A DNA stretch of 64,000 bases, from assembly GCF_006345805.1 (NCBI RefSeq), contig NC_043006.1, positions 43,896,001 through 43,960,000 on the forward strand, written 5' to 3'. Origin of the DNA: Octopus sinensis. Taxonomy: Eukaryota. Shown here in pieces: positions 1 to 12,730 of this stretch (positions are counted from its first letter, which is position 1; every line of letters starts with the position of its first letter). The translations under genes and the position numbers were made by a program. The notes beneath the pieces were generated by a model. That model did no database searches. It saw only the letters and a program-made list of their open reading frames with translations, and was not told where the DNA came from.

Positions 1-135
1 GGTGTTAGGAAGAGCACCCAGCCGTAAAAACAGAGAACGAAGCATGATACAGTCTTCTGTCTAGCCAGCTCCTGTCAAACCATCCAGCCCATGCCGGCAT
101 AGAAAGCAGATGTTAAATGATGATGATGATGATGG
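1..135 (+). mobile_element. SINE family C 3' part (GGTGTTAGGAAGGGCATCCAGC ... (GAT)n tail)
   Basis: Recurrent family. Other copies lie at about 10850-11060(-), 31790-32035(-), 38985-39258(+), 40290-40500(+), 44635-44780(+) and 45945-46330(-). Confidence 0.75.
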
Positions 136-559
136 ACCCTTTGATTTCTATTTAACTGGATCTCCATAGCCATTCAATGTATATAAAAAAAAAATTCTAC
201 TTTATTTTCATAGTGAAGTATTATTAAGAATCGTATAAAAAAGTATTAATTAATTTTGTGCACTGTCCAAGTATAAACAATTTGTTGCACATAAATTTTA
301 ACAACAAAATTTTATATGACCTCCCAAAGGCCATCTGGACCCTGGTTGATTGACTATCCTTCTCTCCAGCAACAATTCATCTTATGCTTACCTTAACTTT
401 TGTTACCAATTTTCTGTAGAAACACACCCACTATATTTCAATTAATTTTGGAAATTATGATAAAGGACATATTAAAATAAATTTGCTGGTAATAATAAGC
501 TGATGTTTGGAATATAAATTAAGCCTGGAATTTTAAAGAGAAATTTTAATTTAGATCAC

Positions 560-820
560 TTAACTCTTTTAGCATTTAAAATGGCTACATTGGGTCAAAA
601 TACTCTTCCACTTTTATGTTCAAACTGGCCAGATTCAGCCTTTCACACCTACACTACAATGTCATTCTAAAAATAAACAATCACTCATTGAAATCTCAAA
701 GCTGTGAGATAAGGCACAATTAATTCAGAACAAAGTGAATAAATAAGTATTACACCATCATCATCATCATTTAATGTCTGCTTTCCATACAGGCATTTGA
801 CAGAATAATCTGAGTGCCAT
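560..820 (+). mobile_element. piggyBac-type MITE, interrupted by a SINE tail
   Basis: Family body sequence, with a (CAT)n SINE end inserted at about 756-795. Confidence 0.6.
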
Positions 821-1024
821 GTTTTTATACCATAAAAACAGGGGCAATTTTGGGGTAGTTTGGCATCAAAAAGATGAAACAAAGAACTTCCTTCATTGTG
901 TGCAAGGACTAAGGATCAGAACAAGTCATCAACAAGCAAATTCAGTCAAGTAGAGTAATTTTTTTTTGTTTTCCTTTTTCTATTAAGAGTTACTTCTCTA
1001 ATAGCAATTTCAAATTTTGCCACA

Positions 1025-1225
1025 AGGTCAGCAATTTCGGGGTGGGGGTGGCGGATACAATTACATTAACCCCAGTGCTCAACTGGTACTTTATTTTATC
1101 GCCCCTGAAAGGATGAAAGACAAAGACGACCTCGGCAGAATTTGAACTCAGAACGTGAAGACAGACAAAATACCGGTAATCATTTTGCCTGGTGTGCTAA
1201 TGATTCTGCTAGCTCACCGCCTTCC
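1025..1225 (-). mobile_element. SINE family B (about 230 bp; GAGCTGGCAGAA head, GAGTTCAAAT B-box)
   Basis: Recurrent family. Other copies lie at about 10481-10650(-), 13255-13620(-, duplicated), 22030-22220(+), 23655-24130(+), 44900-45120(+), 52682-52830(+) and 53780-54000(-). Confidence 0.8.
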
Positions 1226-1409
1226 CCTAACATCTGTATTATTATCAATGCTCTGTACAAAAGCATAAAGGTTACAAATTCATGCTTTCATTTAAAGAAG
1301 AAAAAAATTATCAGGAAATCATTCATCATCAAGTAATGGATTGACAAAATTCATAGACAGTCAGACAAAATGCCTTCTAGTATTTACTTGTGTCCTCCCA
1401 CGTTCTGAA

Positions 1410-1638
1410 TTAACCCTTTAGTATTCAGACCAGCCATATTTGATCCAAATGTGCCACCTGCTTTGTGTCCTAGCCAGCCAGATCCAGCCTATCACACCCA
1501 CCCTTCAATGTCATTCGAAAAATACACAGTCATGTCGTCAAAATTTCAAAGCTGTTAAGTTAACGCATGATTGATTAGAAACAACATGGATGGAAAAGCA
1601 TTATACTCGACAGAATAATCTGAATGCAAAAAGGTTCA
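1410..1638 (+). mobile_element. piggyBac-type MITE, same family
   Basis: TTAACCCTTTAGTATTCAG ... TGAATGCAAAAAGGTTCA. Confidence 0.7.
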
Positions 1639-1912
1639 ATCTCTCTGAGGTCAACGTTTGCCCTTCATTTTTCAGGGGTTAACAGAAAAATGAAGTACCA
1701 GTCAAACACTGCAAGCTTTTGGCCCCATGCTTATATCAGAAATTACTATTACTACTACTACAAGTGAAATTCCACAATGGAATGAAATGTGGGTGGGGAG
1801 AGAAGGCAGGTGGCTAAAATATATAAAATATGAGAAGAATAAAAATATGTGATTGTATATGCCTGCTGTGTGCAAACGTGCATGATGAGTGATGTGTGTG
1901 TCATAGGCTGTA

Positions 1913-1975
<63 letters not shown>

Positions 1976-3116
1976 GTGGGGAGAGAGAGCATAGATGCCT
2001 ATGTACATACATCACTATGCAAATACAGCAATAAATATTTTTGCCTCTATGAATAAATAAATAATCAAAGCAGCCACACATTTGCATGCAAGAACGCCCC
2101 CATCACGCATACACACTCCAGCGCAAGCATGTGCATATGTGCATGCAGAGAGAATTGAAGAGATATACATTCTTTCAAAAAAAAAAACAAATAAATAATA
2201 ATCACCATATTTATTATTACTACTACTACTACTACCATTTATAAATGGCACACCTGTGTAACACATACACACACACAGAGGAAATTAAATTATGCGCAGA
2301 CATTGTTGACGACACATAAATATAATGCACGCATACACATGCATACAGATGCCAAATTAAATTCATATACATCAAAAGAAAATATATATGTCTGAATATA
2401 TGAGTGCAGAGATATATGAATGCAGAGATATATGAATGCATCTCTGCATGCATACACACCTACACATGTACACGCACACACACAAGCACACACATGCACT
2501 TACAGAAAATACACGAGTCCATACACACCTACACATGCACTTACAGAAAATATACGAGTCAAGGAAAAAGTATATTTGAAAAACATTAAACAATAGCTGA
2601 TATAAATGTGCATACAAAAAACATCAACTGCACAGTTAACAGTGCAACATAGCCAACTGGTGAAATATGATGCATAACATCAGTCTTGCAAATTTCTTTG
2701 TGTTTCCTTATTCGTTTTGTGTTTTACTTTTAAATTCCAACAAGGTAAGAAAAAAATATTATTAGGAAATAAATTAAAAAGTAAAATGAGGAAGAAGAAG
2801 AAGAAAAAAACCTGCAGACATAGAGAGAGAGAGACAAGGAAACAGGAGAATGTGGAGTTGTATTAGGTCTGGATGGGGGTAATTATCATCACCATAAGAC
2901 ATCACATCTGAAAAACCACCATCACAGTATGAATATGTGTGAGTGCAGGGGGGGAGGGAGAGAGAAAGAGAGAGACAGACAGACAGATAGATAGGAATAG
3001 AGAAAGACAGACAAGCAGGCACTCAGCAAAGAGCCATAGACAGGAAGAAACAGGGAGTGGGGTGATAGAGTGGCAGGATTCTCAAGAAAAAAAAATTCTT
3101 TAAAAAGTGATAAAAA

Positions 3117-3128
3117 TAAATGATGATG

Positions 3129-3163
<35 letters not shown>

Positions 3164-3180
3164 AACAATAATAATAATAA

Positions 3181-3212
<32 letters not shown>

Positions 3213-3222
3213 TAATAATAAC

Positions 3223-3267
<45 letters not shown>

Positions 3268-3268
3268 T
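3117..3268. repeat. (AAT)n microsatellite
   Basis: Directly visible. Confidence 0.95.
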
Positions 3269-4010
3269 GAAGAATATGTTTCAACATTAAAAAACATTTG
3301 CGGATGCACAGTAACTTTCATTTTCTTTCTCCACCCCCACCCCACCCCAATTTTGCCTTTTTTTAATATATATATATATATATTCTAATAAATGTTCTTT
3401 GCCAGTTTTTGTTAATTTAATAATAACTGCAACCTACAACACGGAATGTCATGAAGAAGTCATAGATAGTAATAAAGCCAACAAGAGATGTTAATGCATT
3501 ATAATAAATATACAAGAAAAGTTATCAGAAAAAAAGATATTACAATATAGTGCTTGTTTGCATGTGTACACACACACATACACACACACGCACGCACACA
3601 TATATATATATATATATATGCAGACATGGTTGTGTAGATATGAGTTTACTTTGTAACAATATGATTTCAGGTTCTAGTGCACTTTAGACAAGTGTCTTCT
3701 ATAATAGACTTAGGCTGATCAATGCCTTGTGAGTGGAACTAGTAGATAGAAACTGTGCTTTAACTTGTCATGTACACATGTACACACACACACACACACA
3801 CACATCGTTTAAATAATTATTTACATATTTAGTTTTCTATGTTCACGTGTGTTAGACGGAGTTTGGTGAAATATTCGTGGCTGGATGCCTTTCCTGTCAC
3901 CGATCCTCACCTGCAAGGTAGTATTCCCCCCCCTGCACAAACATGGATCCACAGAAGATTAGAAATAAGCAACATTACTTGTACGACAAGACAAGGAGAC
4001 GCCTTTAACA

Positions 4011-4416
4011 CTACTCTTTTACTTGTTTCAGTCATTTGATTGCAGCCATGATGGAGCACCACCTTTAGTCAAAGAAATCGACCCCAGGGCTTATTCTTTG
4101 TAAGCCTAGTACTTTTTCTATCAGTCTCTTTGCCGAACTGCTAAATTACGGGGACATAAACACACCAGCATCGGTTGTCAAGCGATGTTGGGGGAACAAA
4201 CACAGACACACAAGCATACATATACACACACACACACACACAAATACATATATACAACAGATTTCTTTCAGTTTCCATCTACCAAATCCACTCACAAGGC
4301 TTTGGTCGGCCTGAGGTTATAGTAGAAGACACTTGCCCAAAGTGTCATGCAGTGGGACTGAACTCGGAACCATGCAGTTGGTAAGAAAGCTACTTACCAC
4401 ACAGCTACTCCTGCAC
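4011..4416 (-). mobile_element. tRNA-derived SINE, family A (about 400-500 bp, internal CA/TG tract)
   Basis: Reverse complement starts GCAGGAGTAGCTGTGTGGTAAG..GGTTCCGAGTTCAGTCCC; near-identical copies recur across the window. Confidence 0.85.
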
Positions 4417-5584
4417 ACAATTTCAAGACAATAAGTCTCATACACGATGGGCTTCTTACAGTTTCCCTCTACCATATCCATGCACAAGGATTTAGTTCCT
4501 GGGATTACAGTAGACGATACATGTTCAAAGTACCATGCAGTGGTACTGAACTCAAAACAACATAGATGGGTAGCAAACTTCTTAAATATACACCATGCAT
4601 TCATCTATACCGTGTGTGTGTGTGTGTATGTGTGTGTAAACATATGTGCATGCCTGTGAACATGTACACATATGCGTTTACTTTCGACATACCTTCACAG
4701 GACACAATTTGAGCGATTGATCTGCCATGCTTATGTCCTCTCTAAGCGATGCACCCTATGGCCCAGTAGGTTTTGTATGAAGACAAGTGAAATTGTTTTT
4801 AAAAATGCCTTACTTAAAAAACAAGGGCTGCTGAAGGAGGGGCATTCTGCTGTACATACCACCCCAATATACATCTAACTGATACCAGCAAGGAGAAAGC
4901 AGACATAAAACAATGTTGGTTATGATAAGAATGTACACAGACATACATGCACCTTTACGTGTGTGTATGTGTGTGAATTACATATATAACATTATTTATA
5001 TATGACATATATAGAGAGAATAATTTATACACACACACACACACAAATTTTGATGATGAATTCTCTTAACACAATATGTGTATAGATCATATTCAAAAGA
5101 AAATAGAAAAGTCTAAAAAGAAAAATATTTTTAAAAAAATAATGAACCAACACAACAATAAAATATTAAAAAATAGTTTGATAATGTTTATATAAGAGAC
5201 TTAGGGCAAATATGTTTATTAATGTTGTCAGAAATTATAATTAAAAAAAAACTAAACAAAAAATAATTATAGCAACAATGAAGAAATGAGAAAGTGGAAG
5301 AAGAATGGTATTAAGTAGAGAAATTCTTGAAATGGAATCTCTAACAATATGACCAAGTGTGAGCAGCAAGTGGCACCATTGAATGGCAGCTCATGTTAAA
5401 TAAAGGAAACTAGGAATGGAAGAAGAAAAACCCAAACACTTAAAAGACAAATGGAGAAGTGTGTGCGTGCAGGAGCATGTCTGCATGTGTTTGTGTGTGT
5501 GTGTCTGTATGTGTTTGGTGTGTGAGCGTACATGCTGCTGTGTGCATGTGTGTGCTGCCTGGATGGAAAGCAATGGGAAAATAA

Positions 5585-5625
5585 ACAGGCTCACCTATTG
5601 AAAACACAATAGATTAGGGATTAAC
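5585..5625 (-). other. Candidate recursive splice site (AG|GT, zero-length exon)
   Basis: The minus strand reads CTAATCTATTGTGTTTTCAATAG|GTGAGC, with the junction at 5595/5594. Confidence 0.35.
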
Positions 5626-7066
5626 AAATTATTCACAACAATAAACAGCAAGGGTATGAAAAAAAACAACAAACAATATCAAAAACCTAAAGCTATAGAA
5701 TTATACAACCAGAAACACTTGTTAATAAAAGAGACCCTTTTTACTAAGGAAACAACATGTGTTGCATTGGGTTTACAGTTTTATGTCTAAAGGCGATTAG
5801 CTTACTGGTTAGGGTATTTAACTCATAATCATAAGGTCATGACTTCGATTCCTGGCAATACATTGTATCCTTGAGCAAGACACCACCTTTCACATTGCTC
5901 CAGTATAGCTAAGTGGCAAAATTGTGTTGTACCAGTAATACAAAAGGGCCAGCCTTGTCACATTCTACTATGTCATGCTGAATTTCCCTGTGAAATACAT
6001 TAAGGGTAAGCATGTCTGTAGAGTGCTCATCCACTTGCAAGTATATTATACAAGCAGGCTGTTCCATTTATTGGATCAACTAAACTAGAATGTTCATTAT
6101 GGTAACAAATGGAACACCAGTTTTTTTTTGTTTATTTTTTTTTTTAAATGTAGTTTAATTTTTGTTTAGTCCAAGATCAGCCCTGACTAAAAGAGCAAAT
6201 TTACAGATATTCCAACTATGACCATCCCATCTGGCTTTTCATTTTTTAAACCTATAACTAGAAATACAATGGCCAAGGAGTCCTTCTTGTTTTTGATGTC
6301 AGCAGAATCAGGAGAAAATTTAGCTGTTGTTTTTTTTTTTTAGCAGGTCAAGCAACCATATTACAGTTCCATCTTATAGCTTGAGTTTTATTAAGTTAAC
6401 AGAGTAGGGGACAAAGCTACTGTAAAAATGACAAGAAACAGATGATAATAATGATGAGTGGTGGTGGTGGTGGTGGTGGTGGTGGTGGCAGCAGCAAGGT
6501 TGATGATGATGGAAGTGGTGGAAAGGTGGTGAGGCTGTTGATGATGATGATGATGATTTCTGGCAGACAAAAGGCTGCACAGGTATCTGAAGTTTATTTA
6601 AACTGCTCAAATCTCTAAGAGGGGGTACCACAAATTTAATCAACCACCTTATTCCCACTCAAATCATATGTATTTTATCAGCCCAAGACAGAACCGAAAG
6701 GCAGAACTAACTTGGGTAAAATTTCAACAGAAAATGTTCGTTTAATAAGTATGATCCCTGAAGAGACCACCAACATTGAATACAGCACAATGTTCTGCAA
6801 CGTACAATTTACAGGGAAGCAAAAGTGATGCGATTAGAGGACGAAGGTTTCTAAATCTGCTTTGGCATAGAAGAGAGTGTGTAATGACAATGAGAATGAC
6901 AACATTGGTTTTTGTGTGTATGTGTGAGTGTGTGTGTGTATGTGCATGCGTGCGTATGCACGCACATGCGTATGTACTATTTGTTTATTCAAAATCTGAG
7001 AGGTTTGTGCATCTTGTTTAACTTCAAAACCAATTAAAATACACATGCATATGCATGTACATTACA

Positions 7067-7105
<39 letters not shown>

Positions 7106-7213
7106 TTTGTCTGTTTGTCTGTCCATAAACTTAACTCTGGTTTTGGTTGTAATGCCTTCAGTGACTGATCTGTTGATACTAAAGTTCTATAGTCAACTAG
7201 CAAACACTTTTAC

Positions 7214-7221
7214 CATTCATT
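7214..7221 (-). CDS. Candidate 8-nt microexon AATGAATG
   Basis: TCACCTTCATTTCCTTTAG acceptor and ATG|GTAAAA donor, which is weaker. Confidence 0.25.
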
Positions 7222-7386
7222 CTAAAGGAAATGAAGGTGACCCTGAGGGGGGGGGGGACCCACAAAATAGTTAAAAATACATTCAGAAGAAATATAAAAC
7301 AAAAAAGTACAAATATGAGTATATAATGGATTTCAGGCACTCTTGTGAAGAGATCAAGCACTGATCAAACACCATAAGAAAGAGCA

Positions 7387-7426
<40 letters not shown>

Positions 7427-8005
7427 TGTGTATGTGTGTGTGTGTGTGTGTAAATAGCTATTAATATATAAAGCAATCAGCAAAGTGATAAAAATATTTA
7501 GTACGAGATTTTCCATTCAGAGAGATTAATTTCAAAACAATAGTAACTGAGAATTCTAGCTAAAGAAACAAAAGTCAGAGGTAGCAGAACCCCCTTTTAT
7601 CTCCTGAAACATTCAAGTCAGCAGCTATACTATTCTCTCGGGAATCTGGTGGCTAAGAACCGAGATAAAGGTCAGCAAAGTGCAGTCGAAAATGGTAACC
7701 TCACAAAAAGCTTTTCTTGCACCCTGGCTTATTCTGCATCGACTAAGTGGAGATACATCAACGGAATATTTTGCTGCTATTTTTATTACAGCTGCCAAGA
7801 AACCAATGCTTTTAGCCATCATGTGAGATACCATGACACTGAATATGTGATGCAAGAAGAATACGTATCTAGCCAGAAAGAGCAAGTACATTTCAGTATT
7901 AAATGGCTCAAATTAAATGTGTGTGTGTGATATATGATTATATTATATATTAATATATAAACATAATACAGTGTATGTGAGAGAGAGTCAGAGCACATGT
8001 GTGTG

Positions 8006-8036
<31 letters not shown>

Positions 8037-8930
8037 AGACAGCTGCTTCTAGTGTCCAAGAATTTCAGTTTCTTGCTGATGGAGTGGTTACTCAATGTTG
8101 ATGGCATTGATGACTAAGACAGCCAATCCTTTCTACAGCAGAAACAAGAACAAAGACAACAATGGATGTTCAGTAGCAGGTGGTTATTGTTGTTGTTGTT
8201 GCATCTTAGATCTGTTATGATTTTCTTCAACTTTCCTTTTACATTTTATTACAAAAAGGTCGGTTCTAGCAGTAATAGAAGATATGTCAGTTGGAACAAT
8301 TTGGAACAGTTGTAGGCTTAAATTTTAACACATATATTTTGTCTTAATTCCAGCCGTTTTGAGGTATGACTTTAGCTGGTATTTTTGCAACAGCAGAAAG
8401 GAGATCCTCAAAGCCTTATCCCAATAGTTAACTCACTGAAAAGAGGATTTGATAAGGAAGTCTATCCTTTCGTTTAAGCACATGTCCTGACTATCATATT
8501 CAGTGTTACATGATGGTGGATACTATGCTTTCATTGTTGGCTTCTCGGACAGCTTTCTTGCACATGTAGTTTTCCCATCTGATGGTCTAGCGTTTTGATG
8601 ACCCGATGAAAAAGCTGTATGTGTTTCACAAGCATATAATAATGTATGAGATGATGACAGGTTGATAAACCAACAGTTTGATAAATGTACATCATAGCAT
8701 CAATATGCAAATGATGATGATGCTCTACATCTCTCTCTGTCTCTCTGTGTCTGTGTGTGTGTGTGTCTCTCTCTCTCTCTCTCTCACCCACACACACCAA
8801 GTACATCAGATATCTATCAACTATTTTCTTTTGACTTTGCAGTGAATAAATATCATGAAGGCCAAAATCATAACACAACCTGCTCAGATTTCAACGTCAT
8901 CATCATCTGACAAACACATACATACACATA

Positions 8931-8964
<34 letters not shown>

Positions 8965-8980
8965 TATATATAATATATAT

Positions 8981-9012
<32 letters not shown>

Positions 9013-9740
9013 ATATATATATATATAATATATATATATATATATTATACGTAATAGGTTTTATATCATATATATAAAAGATAATATATTCTATTATATA
9101 ATATATACAATAGATATTTTATATAATATTAACTGACATATATATGCAACAGATATATGTTACATATGTGTGTGATATTTCCTGAGTGCTGGTTATGATA
9201 GAAAGACTTGTAAATATAGTGGCTGTGAAAGAGCTTAGATAGAGAAAACACTTTCACGCACAAGTCCTGAATTCATATCAAGGGTTCAATTTTGTTTTGC
9301 GTCTTTAAATAAGTCACTTCATTTTTGATATAGAGGTAGATTTGAATGTTAGTAGTTGTTCCTGCCAATTCTAATATAAGTCTTTTTTTTTTTTTATGGT
9401 AATGATAGCTCATCACCCTACAGAATAGATTTATTTTAAGATGAATAATGAACTAAAAAGACCAAAAGAATAAATCTGAAATAACCAGCCATCAAGCAAC
9501 AAATAAAGATACAAAAAAATCTAGCCATAGGTGTGAAAAAAAGTTATCATTGGGAAAAAAAAAAAAAAAGGAACTTGACTAAAATCGTTTCCTGTGCTAA
9601 AATATTTAATCTAGTGCAGTCATCACAGAAAGGAAAAATTCTTAAATAGTGTCAAACCAAATCCTTATATAACCCAGCTTCATACAGTCACTTATAAACA
9701 CTTATAATATCTCTTCAATACACATATATATATATGTTTC

Positions 9741-10480
9741 GGATCTTTTCTATTCTGAAGCCAGTTTTTTCAAATTTTTCCTACTGAACCAAACAATTTG
9801 AAACTTCGTATACTGGTAGAATGTGTCAAAAGTAAACTTAATTGTAAACCAGAATGAAAACGGAATTGTAACTTCTAAGTTTAACGTTGTTTAATAATTA
9901 GAATTTTAACCAATGATATTCCGTCATTCGGCTTTATTTTATTTACTCCGTCTCGACCACCAATTTCGTGACGTATTAAACATCTTGACAGACTTCCCTC
10001 GTCATAAAATCGCTTCCTCTTAGTCTCTTTCGCTCTCATTACTTATGTAAAAAAATAAAAGTTTTTTACGGAAATCGACGGAAAACTTGTGCTACGACAA
10101 GCGAAACTTCGCCGAAATTTAATATTAAAAAAGCAAAGAGCTGGCAGAAACGTTAGCACGCCGGGCGAAATGCGTAGCCGTATTTCGTCTGCCATTACGT
10201 TCTGTGTTTGTTTACAGTTTTCCGAACGTTAGTACGTCACAAAAGCGCTTTCTACGTCACACTAATAGAATGCAGTCAAGTTTTACACATGAAAACAAAC
10301 AATCTGATTGGTTAAAATTCGCAGTTTTAATCTACGATTAAAGTCATAAAATAGATTTTTCTCAAATAAACTAGTTCCAACCTGTGTCTTGTTTTGCTAG
10401 ACTCTATCAGCATACGAAGTTTCAGATTATTTAGTTAAGTAGAAAGATCTGTGGTCCTGGCTTCAGAATTGAAAAGATCC
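9741..10480. mobile_element. Non-autonomous Mutator (MULE)-like DNA transposon
   Basis: Terminal inverted repeats GGATCTTTTC(T/A)ATTCTGAAGCCAG, with arms remaining similar for about 170 bp. Perfect 9-bp TSD ATATGTTTC at 9732-9740 and 10481-10489. Confidence 0.85.
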
Positions 10481-10650
10481 ATATGTTTCTTTATTACCCA
10501 CAAGGGGCTAAACATAGAGGGGACAAACAAGGACAGACAAACGGATTAAGTCGATTACATCGACCCCAGTGCGTAACTGGTACTTAATTTATCGACCCCG
10601 AAAGGATGAAAGGCAAAGTCGACCTCGACAGAATTTGAACTCAGAACGTA
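10481..10650 (-). mobile_element. SINE family B, 5'-truncated, low divergence
   Basis: Begins at TACGTTCTG in SINE orientation; its tail is the target site of the Mutator-like element. Confidence 0.85.
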
Positions 10651-10698
<48 letters not shown>

Positions 10699-11713
10699 AA
10701 CATATATACATACATATATATATATATACATATATATATATTAATAATCATTTATAATTTAATGCCCACGTCTAACACTGGTATGGATTAGACAATGGAA
10801 GGTGGGATGTCAGCATGAGTGAACTGGGTATAAGAGGTCAGCAAGTTGGTCATTCAATCCTCATCATCATTGAAAGGCTGTTCTCCATGCCAGCATGTGT
10901 TGGATGGTTTGACAGGAGTTGGCAAATCAGAGAGCTACACCAGGTTCTAGTTATCTGCTTTGGTATAGTTTCTATGACTGGATGCCCTTCCTAATGCCAA
11001 CCACTTTATAGCGTATTGGTTGCCTAGTATGTGGCACCAGCACTGGTGTTTTATACATGACCCCAGTATGGGCGCTTTATAGACACACACATATATTAAT
11101 ATAATATACATGCACACACATACACACTCACACATACATTCAATATAATATAATATATATGATGATGATAAGATCCTACTACAAAATTAAATTAATGCTA
11201 AAAAAAGAATACAAAGATGTGGTGGAATGGATCATACAAAGGTTATCAACAACATGAAGAGAATAAGGCCTGAATAGAAATGGATGGGAAGTCATCACAG
11301 TTTAGATTAAAGAAGAAAAACAAAAAACAGAAGATAACAATTAGCAATTTCACCAAGATTTTTGTAAAATTAATGCTGCAATATATTCACATCTAAACAT
11401 CTTATAATGAATTTTAATTAATTTCATTTCTTCAAAAATATTAAATAAATTTCAAAAGGAAAAATGGAAATAATAATTTTTGTAAATCTAAGATTAGATT
11501 AAAAAAAAAAAAAATCAAAAAAAAATTTTTTTTTTTTTTAAGCAGAAAATGTTTATGTGCAGAAGCAAGTACTCTGGACTTGCAGACACCACAGTCAGTT
11601 TAGAAAGGGGATTCTTAGTATCTTTCCTCCTGCTGTGATCTTCCTCCTCATCTCTGCCAGTTCCTTTATATTCCACTCTCCTTTTCTTTGAAGCATGGTT
11701 TGAAATTCCTTAC

Positions 11714-11721
11714 TGTGATCT
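11714..11721 (-). CDS. Candidate 8-nt microexon AGATCACA
   Basis: Long acceptor TTTGTTTCTTTGTCTCCTATCTTGCTGTTTCATGCTAG containing TGC motifs, and GTAAGG donor. Not frame-preserving on its own. Confidence 0.4.
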
Positions 11722-12247
11722 CTAGCATGAAACAGCAAGATAGGAGACAAAGAAACAAACTATCAGCACATACCATCACACGGCACATCAGACCCCTATC
11801 TCCTGAAGGACTAACAGAGGGTACGGGGTGTGTTGTAACATTCCTCTGATGTGTATGGTGGATGTGTACCATTGATTGACAAGATAAATCCACTTCTGGC
11901 TTTGTTTAGGAATCACCACTAAATTACATGATTCAGTCATAATTAAGGAATCTCAAGAAAAATGTGTGCCTGCGTATAGATAAGTATATGACGTCACGTG
12001 CATTTCAGTTGTGAGCAATGCATGCAACGGGCTCTGTGTGAGCATGGACAGGTGATCGTGTGCATACACATGTATGCATGCATGTGTGTGTGTGTATTTG
12101 CATGAGAGTGCTTTCTTATTAAAGACAGTACGTTTGTTTTCGCATCAACGACTACATGCACTGGTGTGGTGTTCACATGTTTTTATGTATGTGTACGCAT
12201 TGAAATACAGCTGATTTGTCTGTGTATAACAAGAACGTATGTGTGTC

Positions 12248-12291
<44 letters not shown>

Positions 12292-12574
12292 CGAATGTAC
12301 GCTAGTGTATGGTGAATGTAATGACTGCACATGCGTTTGTGTGTTCCTGTATGCAAGGATGCGTATGCACACATGTAGGGGAGGGAGAGAATAGTCCCCA
12401 GAGTACAAAACTACTGGCAATGAATTTGAGCAAGATTACAACAAAGATGGTGTCTGCTGATTGGAAGCCCAGATCAATAGTCAGTCGGAGATCAGAGCAC
12501 TAAGCAACTAATATACAACTTGAAAGGACTTAATAACATTTGGTTGCCGTTCTTTTCCTTTTGCCAAATGCTAT

Positions 12575-12730
12575 CTTTACAGTGCAGTAGGCCTGCTGTC
12601 TTTTGCAGGTCAACCAATGAAGGGAATCTGGTGGAGACCCATTCCATCAGCTTCACATTCTTCAAGACTGAAAAAGCAATTTAACTGGCAAAACATCATT
12701 CCCTTTCATCATAGCCTGCATGATCTAAAC
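12575..12730 (+). mobile_element. Possible very decayed Penelope-like GIY-YIG endonuclease remnant
   Basis: Frameshifted pieces GQ..., GDPFHQLH, KSNL..KH and FHHSLHDL resemble GETGRRLGDRF.EH...LPVA.HFN...HSL.DL. Weak. Confidence 0.25.

Noticed and set aside
392-413. 22-nt segment with a good acceptor and GTAAGC donor on the minus strand
   Set aside because: It lies in what appears to be an interspersed repeat, and two of three frames contain stops. It could be exonised but is not supportable.
2700-2752. Plus-strand pyrimidine tract followed by CAAG|GTAAGA (possible recursive site)
   Set aside because: AAG is a poor acceptor and the strand conflicts with the other splice evidence.
7625-7891. 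ORF containing VDVSPLSR, reminiscent of ribosomal protein S5 (AVDVSPLRR)
   Set aside because: Similarity is confined to 6 residues and the flanks do not align with uS7.
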